From: Tubulanus polymorphus
Lineage: Eukaryota; Animalia; Nemertea
NCBI RefSeq assembly: GCF_964204645.1
Contig: NC_134030.1
Coordinates: forward strand, 20,854,210-20,918,209
Direction of reading: 5' to 3'
DNA length: 64,000 nt
Shown here in pieces: positions 51,458-64,000 of the stretch. The position numbers were made by a program, and so were the translations under genes. The notes beneath the pieces are model-generated. The model was not told the origin of the DNA. It saw only the letters and a program-made list of their open reading frames with translations, and did not search any database. How positions within the stretch are numbered: the first letter of the stretch is position 1; each line of letters begins with the position of its first letter.

Positions 51458-51721
51458 ACCGAACAACAATCTCTACTGAATAATCAAAACTTGCATAGCT
51501 TTACGAAATCGAAACAAATTACAGTTCGTCCAATTAGAAAATTCGCTGAGAATTCTTTGAAATTGATATTTTTCGTCGTTGCTGCAATTATTTTGAAACC
51601 GATTCTAATGAAGCGTTCTGATTTTTTCCAATTAATAACAAATATTCATATATCATATATTTCTAACTACTACAAGTTCACGTGTTTATAGAAGTGAAAG
51701 ATCATTTTAAACATATGCGTG

Positions 51722-52301
51722 ATGAAGTGCGGAAGATCTGTTTTGAAAGTGCACTGAAAAGATGTCTGATACCACATGTTTATGTACATTTTTTAATAAA
51801 AAAAAAATGTCTCAGTTGAAGACCTGAACACATGTGAAGTGTGGACGATCAGTTTTTGAAAGTGTGCTGATAAAATGTCTAATATCTGGTGTTTGTAGTT
51901 CATTTTCAATTAAAAATGTCTCAGGTGAAGCACTGAACACATGTGAAGTGTGGACGATCAGTTTTTGAAAGTGTGCTGATAAAATGTCTAATGTCTGGTG
52001 TTTGTAGTTCATTTTCAATTAAAAATGTCTCAGGTGAAGCACTGGACACATGTGAAGTGTGGACGATCAGTTTTTGAAAGTGTGCTGATAAAATGTCTAA
52101 TATCTGGTGTTTGTAGTTCATTTTCAATTAAAAATGTCTCAGGTGAAGCACTGGACACATGTGAAGTGTGGACGATCAGTTTTTGAAAGTGTGCTGATAA
52201 AATGTCTAATATCTGGTGTTTGTAGTTCATTTTCAATTAAAAATGTTTCAGGTGAAGCACTGAACACATGTTAAGTGTGGATGATCAGTTTTTGAAATTG
52301 C
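51722..52301. repeat. 109-bp minisatellite (~5 units) upstream of copy 5
   Basis: Same unit. Confidence 0.93.
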
Positions 52302-52871
52302 AAATAAAATCTCATGCATTTCCACAGTATTCGATAATAGTGAAATCACTTATAGAAGAACATCTGAACACACCTTATACACCAAGGCTCTTACATACTC
52401 ATGACGTCACGAGTTTTGGCAATTACAGATTTCTAGTACAAAATATGTATAGATGGCAATAAATGAAAATAGACCGCCCCAGCCGGAACGGAAGCATCGA
52501 TATCATTTACTTGGTCGTTACGTTGAATCTTTTCAAATAACTTCTTAAAACCTAGTCGGATTGATTCCCAATCGTTTTAGCAATAACATGCAAACATTCG
52601 GAGACCTTTTCTGCGAAGTCGAGGTTGACTGCTGGTAACCGGTCGAGGTCACCCTTCGCGCGGATAACAGCTGACGTTCACGAAATAATAACGTGACTTT
52701 GAGATAATGGATGCATTAGGAACATACACTAATGCACGGTGGAATTAATCGAGAAATTATCTGTTCCCTGTTAGTAACTCAGTAATATCATTCATTGATA
52801 CACGATATTCTAATGCAGTAGAACATTATGTCGAATAATATTCTAACATATTTTGACGAACTTGTATTCAC

Positions 52872-53091
<220 letters not shown>

Positions 53092-54949
53092 GTATTCACA
53101 CGCAGAGTAACGTTATAGCAAGCACCCTGCGAATTTCTGCTTGAACACGATGTGCGTAACTAGATCGAAAATCCTATAACCAGAAACCAATGACAGGAAC
53201 GTGTTCTTTAGGTTTTAAACTTATACATTTCACTGAATTCTTGGTTCTGGACATGCAACACGCTTAGCGGCTAATGTATATACAATCCGAATCGCCTACT
53301 TTTTGCTCTCAACAGTTTGTTTTAAACGATTACTAAGTGAGGCATTATTCAGACAGAGAACATGTATAGAATTAGTATGGCATTGAATTAGGTTTTTTTA
53401 GTTATCATTTCGATTAGCTCGCAGTATCTGGATATATCATATTGCTGGTACGAATATCTATGGTCAAAAATGTTACAAGTATAATGCATCATATAAGATG
53501 AGGTTATTCATAATCAAAAACGAGCTGATAGCAAATTCGAAATATTCAACGATCATACTTGAAAACTTTCATTTTTATCTTATAAAATTGAATATAGCGA
53601 GTTTTATTATCTTTTGCTAATTTTTTCTTATCTTATGAAGGATAGAAAGAATATCGTGCGGCTCGAATCGTAAATTACCGCGGTGAACTTTTTGGTGCGA
53701 AAACGGTAGGTAACGAATGTAACCATATGATATGGCGGCTGATTCGGGCCAAGTTAAGAAAAAAGAATTCCGCGCAATGTATATATCGCTTCGTTTTTTC
53801 GCCGCGCAGGAAAACGAACCTGTGTTTCTCGTTTCTGCGCCCGCCGAAATAAACTTCGTTTAGCTGCGTCCGGTTGACATCCACGCGTTGACATTCGATG
53901 ATAGAAGATCTATAAACACGAGTACGGGTATAAACGGGCTGTTGGTGTTCGGTTTTTGAGAATCGCTAGCCAGGGCGAAACTCGGTTTTCGTAGCTAGTC
54001 GACTAGTGGTCGAAACTAATAACCGAATGCGCTTAATTTCCGAACTATTTCCGGAATATAGTTCCGACTAACTGAAATTCGGTTTCATTTAGTTCGACTA
54101 TAGTCGACTAACTCAGATATCAAACCGAAGTTGGCCCAGGCTGGGGATTTTGTATGTACTAAATTACTGAATGTCTCCGTGAGCTAAGTAATGTCTTTAT
54201 GTGTGGCCTGGACGATTCTACTGTTTTGATCTTAAAATAGGAATTGACCCTGTTATTGATTTGATTGGTAAATTCCTCGTCCCTTACAGACCCACCACAC
54301 CTGCCGGGAGCGAAACAGGGGGTTTAATATTGAAATTGGAAGTACAGATATAGTTGTGTGATCGGCGGTCGAGTTTACAACAGTTTGTTTAAATCGAAGT
54401 ACATTATTGGGAAATTCGGTTCCGGTTCATTCAAACAATCTTCCATTGGGTAGCCTACTAGTTAAAGCAGTAAACACGTGCATGTTTTTAATCGATTCTT
54501 GTGTATGCAGCCGGGAGGTCGTTCAGATATTCGAGTTCAGAGGAGTTTGAACGTATGATTGTGGTAAAAAATATAGTTCGTGTTGAACGAATATTCGAAG
54601 TCAAGTAAGCATGTGTATAAGATCGATAACGGAATCTGTGACTCAGGAAAGTAGCTGAATTTTAAAAAAAAACTTCAATCGGAAAAAACAGAAAGACCAA
54701 CCACGCAGTGCGGTAGATTTGAAACCTGATTTCCTAAGCCACGAGAGAATGATAAATCTCCGACCTAGGCACAAAACTAAATATTAGTTTGATTCGTCGA
54801 AAAAACTATCGTAAGTTCATACTTGAAACTGAGATAAGGTATGATGATTTTAACAGTGTCCAACTGTTTCCAAAAATAGTTTTCCATGAATATAGCGGCT
54901 GAAGGCGCTCCTAGCGTGTATCCAAAGTTTCTATCGACTGATAAATGTT

Positions 54950-57900
54950 TCAGCGAGTTTTTAAAATCCGTTTATTTTTAGCCCGAATTGATTTAACATC
55001 GATAGTGAGGATGGTGTAAAGAAGTGGATTCAGTGACGAGTTGATCGGTAGGAAAAGTACCGCCAACCAAGCCGCCACTTGGTTCGGCATTTCTACTCGG
55101 AATACAGCGCAAAACTGAACGATAATTATCGGTAACCAGCAACATAAATTACACAGATTTATCACTAAACTCCTACGTGCAAGAATCAATTCGGTAGGAT
55201 CAGCTCTACCCGAGCCGGACCTGCTTCCAGATACGAGTCTATACATCTGTGCATACGTCATCACTATTGTAGCAAGTACGACCGAGTTAAACACGGCAAA
55301 AATAGCGAATGAGTATTGCCAGGCGTGGACATTGATGGTCAGTAAATTCATAGGTAAACAAACACCGGTTGTGCCGTAAAAGTTATTACCGAAATAAGAA
55401 GATGACGATAGCGGTAGCATTGAAATGATGCTTAAAATGATCCAACATATGCAACAAATACTGGACACAGAAATCGAAGATATAATTGGGCTTCCAGAAA
55501 ATGGGTCCACGATATTCGAGTATCTTTGACGGGTAAGCATTAGCAGAAAGGTCAACGATCCCTCGCAAGAAAGAGTCACTATAATCCCAGCGAGTCGACA
55601 CGATGAACTATCCGTCCAACTTTCAGAATTTAAGAAGTAAACTCCTTTATAGACGTAATCGGCTCCTGCGATCAAAAACAGATAAATCGACATCAGAAAA
55701 TCGCAAGTGGCAATATTAATAATGAGGATATCAGAGGATATGTTACGTGATTCAGAGGATGAAATGCGTAACGCTTGAACGCGAAGTAAAATGACAATAA
55801 TGTTCGCGAAAAAGCTGAATGAAGCGATCGCCCAAATGATTGCTCTAAGAACAGTGTTACCCATCAGGTCGGAACAAGATGAAAATTGGTCGGCTTTCGG
55901 GAGACACTGGTCAACATTCGGAACCATGCAACAAAATTTGTACGCGTCAGAAGCCAAAGTTCTTAATAATGTAAGACTGTAAAAAACGTTTTTTTCTACG
56001 GATATGACTTTTGAATTTTTGGTTAAATCCAGACTTTTAAGTTTTGTTAATCCGGCAAATGCGTTTGGTGAAATATAACTGATTCTGTTATTGCTGATAT
56101 TTAACGACTCTAAAGCGGATAAACCACTGAACACATTTCCACCGAGTATTGACAAGGAAAGTCCGTGGAGATCGAGATCGCTTAATGACTTTAAACCTTG
56201 AAAACTGCCTTCTTCTAAATATCTAACTGGATTCCCAAAAATAAAGAGAATTTCCAAACTGTTCAAACCGGCGAATGTATTCGCGGACAATGATACTAAG
56301 CGGTTATATGTAAGATCTAATGTATGTAGATTATGCAGGTTTGAGAACGAGTTTGGAACAATATAAGACAAATTGTTACGTGAAATATTAAGAAGGTGTA
56401 GATAGAGGTAAGAAGAAAACGTGGACTCATTGAATACAACTCGGTTTTCTGATAAAATCAGAACTCGAGTTGATGCCGAGAAAAGATCAGTCATTTCTAC
56501 TAAACCAGCATCAACGCAATCAATTAAATGACCTCGACATTTACAATATTTTGGACACGTGACGTCACAGTAGGACTCGTCATCAGTGGTGTGTTTACAA
56601 TTTACAACACCATCGCAAACCTCAGATTGAGGTATACATCGGTTTTCCTGGCCACATTTGAACATGCCGGGACACGTCAAAGTCTCGCAGTTTCGCTCAT
56701 CTTCTGAATTAGGACAATCTGATCGACCATCGCACACCCGTCCCATCGGTATACAGTAAGATGCTGGACATTTTACAGTACCAGCTGGACATATGAAATA
56801 GGAGCAACCTTGTATATGTTCGAGCCTTCTACATACCGGGTAACCAATCGGCATCCTTTCTAAAATGCATCTATGACGTCTAGAATAACAATGAGGAGAA
56901 TCGAAAGAACATCTTTGTTCATCAGATTCTGTGCAGAAATTTGTAAAGTTAGTCGTACAGTAGTTATCATTATTACAGTGAACTGTAGGATTCACCGTAA
57001 CATTCGATGTTAAAAGTTCATCTTCTTCGAGGCTTCCGCTACAATCTACAACACCATCCCGATACAATAGAGAACTAATACATTCACCGCTGTTACATAG
57101 AAACCCGTTGCAAAGTTGCGGAGCACATCCCCACTCATCGGAGCCGTCCTTACAGCTAACGATTCCATCACATCGGTACGATCTATCCACACATTGTCCA
57201 CTAGTACAACGGTATTGTTGGTGCGAACATAGTGGATGAAAACACGAGTTTTCATCCGAGCCATCGACACAATCCAGTTCAAAGTCACACAAACCACTTA
57301 TTGATATAACCTTACCATCTAAACAGTGGAACTGACTCTGTAATTTTGAACCCGAACAATCGAGTTCATCTTCACCGCGTTGACAATCGTTTCTCGTATC
57401 ACATACGCGATGGTCGCTGATACATCTTTGATCGTCACATTCAAATTGCCACGATTTACAACCGCTTACAGAAGCAAAATCTTCACCAGTTACATTATAG
57501 GAACATAGCACGGAATGAACGTTGTTTGTCTGATTATTCCACGGTTTTATTGACCATCTCAACGACTCGATAAAAGTGATTTCATCCCGTGTCAAAACTG
57601 GTTCGATCACTCGAAACATTTTCTTAGCATCCATTGTCAGTACAGCACCATATTGGTGTTTAAAACTGAACTCGTCAATTAATGCTTTTATTTCATTTTC
57701 CCTGTGCCTAGTTACAATACCTATTTCAGCGTGAAGGTCACGACACAATTTCGTAGCGCTAAGAATATCTAAATCTCGATTGTTGTTCCAATCTGTGAAC
57801 AATTGACAACATTTGCCTTCGACATTTTGCCAACCTTTTTCACAGGTCGAGTTGTTGGTTGTATTGGGATTTCGAATACTTTCATTACCAGTGAGAAATA

Positions 57901-58249
57901 CGATATTGTTAAGAGTATCGGTTAGTTCTGTGATGCTCGTTGTATTTGTCGAATTATCCGCGCGTTCTGAATCGATGTCAATTCTATCCGATTCACAAAT
58001 AAAAGTTGTTCGAGTCTCCTCGATTTGACACGGGAATCGAACCCAGTTCGCTGATCCTCGTGGATTATTCAGTATCATCGCCGTACACGGCATATTGACG
58101 TCATTTATCGGTTGTTTTCGTAGAGGAGATATCAATCCTTGAATAACTTCTGGTATCGTTTCGTTTAAGATAGCAGGTTTAAACCACTCTGTGTAGCTCA
58201 ATGGTTTCCCATCAGTCCACGTGTAGAGACCATCATTGTCATTCATTGG
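54950..58249 (-). CDS. Copy 6 exon 3 (CTL-LDLa-LRR-7TM)
   Basis: ORF 54950..58255 trimmed to the acceptor. Confidence 0.93.
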   Translation of the reverse strand, partial: PMNDNDGLYTWTDGKPLSYTEWFKPAILNETIPEVIQGLISPLRKQPINDVNMPCTAMILNNPRGSANWVRFPCQIEETRTTFICESDRIDIDSERADNSTNTTSITELTDTLNNIVFLTGNESIRNPNTTNNSTCEKGWQNVEGKCCQLFTDWNNNRDLDILSATKLCRDLHAEIGIVTRHRENEIKALIDEFSFKHQYGAVLTMDAKKMFRVIEPVLTRDEITFIESLRWSIKPWNNQTNNVHSVLCSYNVTGEDFASVSGCKSWQFECDDQRCISDHRVCDTRNDCQRGEDELDCSGSKLQSQFHCLDGKVISISGLCDFELDCVDGSDENSCFHPLCSHQQYRCTSGQCVDRSYRCDGIVSCKDGSDEWGCAPQLCNGFLCNSGECISSLLYRDGVVDCSGSLEEDELLTSNVTVNPTVHCNNDNYCTTNFTNFCTESDEQRCSFDSPHCYSRRHRCILERMPIGYPVCRRLEHIQGCSYFICPAGTVKCPASYCIPMGRVCDGRSDCPNSEDERNCETLTCPGMFKCGQENRCIPQSEVCDGVVNCKHTTDDESYCDVTCPKYCKCRGHLIDCVDAGLVEMTDLFSASTRVLILSENRVVFNESTFSSYLYLHLLNISRNNLSYIVPNSFSNLHNLHTLDLTYNRLVSLSANTFAGLNSLEILFIFGNPVRYLEEGSFQGLKSLSDLDLHGLSLSILGGNVFSGLSALESLNISNNRISYISPNAFAGLTKLKSLDLTKNSKVISVEKNVFYSLTLLRTLASDAYKFCCMVPNVDQCLPKADQFSSCSDLMGNTVLRAIIWAIASFSFFANIIVILLRVQALRISSSESRNISSDILIINIATCDFLMSIYLFLIAGADYVYKGVYFLNSESWTDSSSCRLAGIIVTLSCEGSLTFLLMLTRQRYSNIVDPFSGSPIISSISVSSICCICWIILSIISMLPLSSSSYFGNNFYGTTGVCLPMNLLTINVHAWQYSFAIFAVFNSVVLATIVMTYAQMYRLVSGSRSGSGRADPTELILARRSLVINLCNLCCWLPIIIVQFCAVFRVEMPNQVAAWLAVLFLPINSSLNPLLYTILTIDVKSIRAKNKRILKTR

Positions 58250-61200
58250 CTGCAAAAACGGTTTTTAAGCATTTTCTACTTTAACCATTGTTTAGACTCG
58301 AATATTTTCAGTGCATATTTCACATCTTTTTCAAAATTCTAAACACTATACTTTTTATGAATTAAGTTTTATCTTTAATTGACATCTAGAATAAAGAATA
58401 TTAACCCTTTTAGTGCTGACTAATTAATACCCTATGGTGCTGGAGAAAATTTGCAAATTTTTAAAAATTCCACCTAAGTGCTTTGCATAACGAGAATACC
58501 ACTATAGTGCGTCTACACCGCAGCGCGGTATATCGTTAGTTACTAGTATTTCACTATGTTTAACAGGTGCTGCCATTTTTCAAGAGATAATTACTAATTA
58601 CGTTAATACACTGCACTGCGGTGTAGACGTTATTTTGTCGAGTGAAGGTTACCTTGTATTTTAGCCCGATCATCATTATAAGCGCCTCCTGGGTATATCC
58701 CTTTCTTAGCAGTTTCGTGGCGAATAATCTTTTGACAGAAATCATTTCATCTTGTGAGTTGATACTGAGAAGATGTCCTCCGTATTTCTGTTGACAGTAC
58801 ATTTCAGCGTTCTCCCAATTCAGACGTTCATCTCTGATGTATTTGACGCAGGAAATTCCCGAATCTAGAAATCCTGATTTACAGCCGATTTCATCAAACT
58901 GTTTTATTGGTAACGACTTTTCTAAATTGTATTGTATTTCAAATGTGGGAATGCGTTCCTTTATCTCAAAATACAAATCATTGTCCCATAAACTATAAAA
59001 TACACTTCCACGTTTAGCCATAGTTCCACATATTTTAGTTAAATGTTCAGTGTCGCTTCCTGAAATAACTACTCCATTATCGTAAAGGTCATGTATCTGT
59101 TGCTTGAATAGAATTGGGTCTTTGTCTGATCTAGATAATTTACTGCACGGTAAAGTCTGAATAAATTTGATTATAAATCTGTAATATTGAATTCGATCAT
59201 TTTCAATCGGATTTTCGAAGTTATAATAAGATGATTTCGAAGTATATCCCGCAAAGCCCGGATAGTTCGGTGATTGTACGATTCCACATTCATCCCTATC
59301 CGGCAAATATGAAGAACCGGGAAATTGTGTAGGGTTTTTTACTCCTTGACATTTACGACGTAGTTTAACTATTAATTCATCATTCCAGAATTGATATTTG
59401 TAGAACAATTTCAAAGTGTTTAATACAAAACTGTTATTGAGAAACTGATTTGATAAACTCATTTGCCTGTCACACTTTCTTCTCGAGTATCGCGCTGGAA
59501 AACATGCGTCAATTTGATACTCATGTTCTGATAATATATAAATGTTTTCTAAAGGAAGGCGCCGGTTTTCAGGTGTAATCACCAGACAGTGTGACGTCAT
59601 GTTGATCTGATTTTCTCCTTCCCGTAAAACATACCCGTAACAATCAGCAGGACTGAATCTAAGATACCCAGAGTTAGGTACATCACTATAAGCGTACCCT
59701 ACTACAGTAACCGGTCCTCCTGATGTAATCAGACTGACGACGTTACGACCGTACCACAGACCATCAGGACAATACGGACCATAGCTTCTAGCTGTAAAAT
59801 TACCACCATCATATATATAAAATCCAGCTCTCTCGCACGTCTCTGATAAAACGGTTAGTTTTAATCCATCCTCATAGATATCAACTTTCCGCTTGAATTC
59901 TAATGTATTTATACGATACGATAATATTGTCTTCTTTGACGCCGGGAATAGTTTGCTCGGAATCAAACTTGCACCGGAGCCAAATATCTACAAAATATGA
60001 ATATTGATCATTAATCGAATAATTTACATTGTTTTGTTAGATACATTGTTTTACATTATTCTTAAATCATACACTTTATGTATTTATCCGACAAAATAAT
60101 TGACGAATTTTCCTTGTTCTTAACTACACTTTTAAATGCATTAAAGGGATGTTCCGTATCTTATACTTTCGCACAAGAAATTTAAAGGTTTTACAAAAAA
60201 GTTATTTTTTCAAAGCTTTATTTAAACATCAGTACTTTCACTAGAATTCATGTCTAATGAAAATTAATATTTCTCAATTAAACAATTCTACATAATTTTG
60301 TAAAGCAATAGCTGAGAAATGATTTTACTACATCTGTGGAGCTGCACGTCTTCTATTGAAAGAAAAATTCAAATTTAGCTGAACCTGAGTAGTTATTTTA
60401 CTCACCCTTAGTTTGTGAACTTGTACGTCTCCTGTGGATAAAGATTTCACTTCAAATTCTATCCTTACATTCGATTGTAAAACACCTGGTCTTATTAAAA
60501 CGCACAGTATGACGAGAAAGCCGTCAGATTTAACACTCAGTGATTCCAGGTAGTTGTAACCGAGTAAAATATCAGTTCCTACAACGCGTAACCCTTCTAG
60601 TTTATATACACCAATGACGTCACCGGATGTGGTGAGGTCACGTGTCCAGTTGAAGACGACGTACTGTAACACCTGCACTGTGATAGACCAGCAGTGTAAG
60701 TGTTTTGATCGAGTTGTTACGTGTAAACTGTTGTCATCAGGAATGAGCACTCCAGACTCGTTATTAGAGATTTGAATTGACGGATTAGAGACGTTCCAAT
60801 CAGATATTCTATACACCTGAACTGATAGTTGTGATTTAAAGGACAATTGATGTGTATCAATAATGGCTTTGTTAGTTTTAGTATAAAATGATGAAGGGGG
60901 ATGTCCGGTTTGTTCTGGTATAACAGCTATAGGTTCACTGGTGTTCCATCCGTCGTAAATTTGAACAGTTATCACTGAATCAGCACCAGGAGATGATCTG
61001 AAATCGATCTGTGTAAAAGTCAAATTCATCGCAAAACCGTCCGGGATCCCGATCCATTCCAAACATAATTGACAATGTTTTAAAAATATTGCGAATTTGT
61101 ATCCTGACAATGTTTGTAAGTTGTTAAATATGAAATTGTATTTTCCGCAGTTGTGAATGAATTTCAAATCGTTTCGTTCAAAACGATATATGATATAAAC

Positions 61201-61596
61201 CCGACTACCCCGCGCACCATCGACGTTACTTCTAAGCATCAACGAGATCGAATTTTTACGGCGGATTTCATGTTTTCCTTCACCGCAGAATCTGTTATCG
61301 GACTCACCGACGGAAAGGTAGTTATCACTACAGAATATCGACGGCTCGATGTCGTAGTAAAGTTTGATGTTGAAAGTTCCTGACGGTAAAGAGCTGTTGA
61401 CGAACCAACGACATTCAACACCGCGCGTTAACGACGGGAATTTCGGTGAAACGATGTAACCGGACGTAGAATCGAGTGGGTACCAAGTGTTGTTACAAGA
61501 GGAACTGACCGTCACAGAGTCAGACAGATCAGCGTGTGCGATGTTAACTCGCCAGACGATCAGCGACGCTATAAACAGCGCTCTCAGTCGATCCAT
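54950..61596 (-). CDS. GRL101-like LGR GPCR copy 6, join complement(54950..58249,58653..59987,60406..61596), ~1941 aa
   Basis: Same architecture; intron 2 donor AAG|GTAACC retained despite a nearby insertion. Confidence 0.9.
58405..58631 (+). mobile_element. Truncated piggyBac-like MITE in intron 2 of copy 6
   Basis: Starts TTAA|CCCTTT; absent from the other five copies; internal inverted repeat cgtctacaccgcag.gc / gcactgcggtgtagacg. Confidence 0.65.
58653..59987 (-). CDS. Copy 6 exon 2 (CUB-like and CTL N-half)
   Basis: Conserved phase-0 splice sites. Confidence 0.88.
60406..61596 (-). CDS. Copy 6 exon 1 (signal peptide and CUB)
   Basis: ATG of MDRL; gtgagt donor. Confidence 0.88.
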
Positions 61597-61879
61597 ACCG
61601 AACAACAATCTCTACTGAATAATCAAAACTTGCATAGCTTTACGAAATCGACACAAATTACAGTTCGTCCAATTAGAAAATTCGCTGAGAATTCTTTGAA
61701 ATTGATATATTTCGTCGTTGCTGCAATTATTTTGAAACCGATTCTAATGAAGCGTTCTGATTTTTTTAATGCTCAACTTCCAATTTATAACAGATATTCA
61801 TATATCATATATTTCGTGTAGCTAACTACTACAAGTTCACGTGTTTATAGAAGTGAAAGATCATTTTAAACATATGCGT

Positions 61880-62241
61880 GGTGAAGTGCGGAAGATCTGT
61901 TTTGAAAGTTCACTGAAAAGATTTCTGATATCACATGTTTATGTACATTTTTTAATAAAAAAAATGTCTCAGTTGAAGCACTGAACACATGTGAAGTGTG
62001 GACGATCAATTTTTGAAAGTGTGTGCTGATAATATGTCTAATGTCTGGTGCTTGTAGTTCATTTTAAATTAAAATTGTCTCAGGTGAAGCACTGAACACA
62101 TGTGAAGTGTGGACGATCAGTTTTTGAAAGTGTGCTGATGAAATGTCTAATATCTAATGTTTGTAGTTCATTTTGAATTAAAAATGTCTCAGTTGAAGCA
62201 CTGAACACATTTGAAGTGTGGACGATCAGTTTCTGAAACTG
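61880..62241. repeat. 109-bp minisatellite (~3 units) upstream of copy 6
   Basis: Same unit. Confidence 0.9.
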
Positions 62242-62551
62242 CAAATAAAATCTCGTGCATTTCCACAGTATTTAATAATAGTGATTAACTTATAGAAGAA
62301 CATCTGAACACACCTTATACACCAAGGCTCTTCGTTGAAAAATACAGCAACAGGTGCCACCATACTCATGACGTCATGAGTTGTGACAATTACATATTCT
62401 TAGTACAAAATATGTATAGATGGCAATAACTAAAAATAGACCGCCCCAGCCGGAACGGAAGCATCGATATCATTTTCTTGGTCGTTACGTTGAATCTTTT
62501 CAAATAACTTCTTAAAACCTAGTAATAATACAAAATAATACAGAATAATAC

Positions 62552-62639
62552 AAAGAATTCTTTTTATATATATAGTACCAGGCATACTGGATGATCTAAG
62601 CTACAGTTCACCCCCAAACTTCAAATACGAGGCCCTGTG
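62552..62639. mobile_element. Same MITE, left arm deleted
   Basis: Right TIR and TSD retained; the left junction carries a short aataatac repeat. Confidence 0.7.
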
Positions 62640-64000
62640 GTATTCACACGCAGAGAAACGTTATAGCAAGTACCCTGCGAATTTCTGCTTGAACACGATG
62701 TGCGTAACTAGATCGAAAATCCTATAACCAGCAACCAATGTCGGGAACGTGTTCTTTAGGTTTTAAACTTATACATTTCACTGAATTCTTGGTTCTGGAC
62801 ATGTAACACGCCCAACGGCTACATACAATCCGAATCGCCTACTTTTTGCTCTCAACAGTTGTTTTAAACGATTACTAAGTGATGCATTATTCAGACAGAG
62901 AACATGTATGGAATGAGTATGAATTATGTTTTTTTAGTTATCATTTCTATTAGCTCGCAGTATCCGGATATATCATATTGCTGGTACGAATATCTATGGT
63001 CAAAAATGTTACAAGTATAATGCATCATATAAGATGAGGTTATTCATAATTAAAAACGAGCTGATAGCAAATTAGAAATATTCAACGATCACAATTGAAA
63101 ACTTTCATTTTTATCTTATAAAGTTGAATATAGCGAGTTTTATTATCTTTTGCTAATTTTTTCTTATCTTATGAAGGATAGAAAGAATATCGTGCGGCTC
63201 GAATCGTAAATTACCGCGGTGAACTTTTTGGTGCGAAGACAGTAGGTAACGAATGTAATGATATAATATGGTGGCTGATTCGGGCCAAGTTAAGAAAAAA
63301 GAATTCCGCGCAATGTATATATCGCTTCGTTTTTTCGCCGCGCAGGAAAACGAACCTGTGTTTCTCGTTTCTGCGCCCGCCGAAATAAACTTCGTTTAGC
63401 TGCGTCCGGTTGACATCCACGCGTTGACATTCGATGATAGAAGATCTATAAACACGTGTACGGGTATAAACGGGCTGTTGGTGTTCGGTTTTTGAGAATC
63501 GCTAGCCAGGGCGAAATTCGGTTTTCGTAGCTAGTCGACTAGTGGTCGAAACTAATAACCGAATGCGCTTAATTTCCGAACTATTTCCGGAATATAGTTC
63601 CGACTAACTGAAATTCGGTTTCATTTAGTTCGACTATAGTCGACTAACTCAGATATCAAACCGAAGTTGGCCCAGGCTGGGGATTTTGTATGTACTAAAT
63701 TACTGAATGTCTCCGTGAGCTAAGTATTGTCTTTATGTGTGGCCTGGACGATTCTACTGTTTTGATCTTAAAATAGGAATTGACCCTATTATTGATTTGA
63801 TTGGTAAATTCCTCGTCCCTTACAGACCCACCACACCTGCCGGGAGCGAAACAGGGGGTTTAATATTGAAATTGGAAGTACAGATATAGTTGTGTGATCG
63901 GCGGTCGAGTTTACAACAGTTTGTTTAAATCGAAGTACATTATTGGGAAATTTGGTTCCGGGTTATCCAAACAATATTCCATTGGTTAGCCTACCAGTTA

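Overview
AT-rich, spliced eukaryotic DNA, most likely an invertebrate animal (the species cannot be read from the sequence). From ~4.6 kb to the window end it is a head-to-tail tandem array of ~10-kb units (stop-to-stop periods 10159, 9445, 10614, 9982, 10085 bp). Each unit carries one intact minus-strand gene. The three long ORFs per unit are three exons joined by two phase-0 GT-AG introns. They encode a ~1,940-aa receptor: signal peptide, several CUB/CUB-like modules, a C-type lectin domain split by intron 2, a second degenerate CTL-like domain, ~7 LDLa/Cys-rich modules, LRRNT plus LRRs, an LGR hinge and a rhodopsin-class 7TM. This is a GRL101-like (type C LGR) GPCR with an unusually large N-terminal extension. 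Six complete copies are present, and the spacer leading to a probable seventh runs off the right edge. The copies are near-identical in the first CTL and the 7TM, but carry hypervariable patches in the CUB region. Sequence blocks are shared between copies in different combinations, which suggests gene conversion or unequal crossover generating a receptor repertoire. Each spacer contains a 109-bp minisatellite, a TIR/8-bp-TSD MITE with a (TA)n core, and a ~175-bp foldback element. The left 4.6 kb is non-coding, with short repeats, MITE-like elements and a tRNA-derived SINE.
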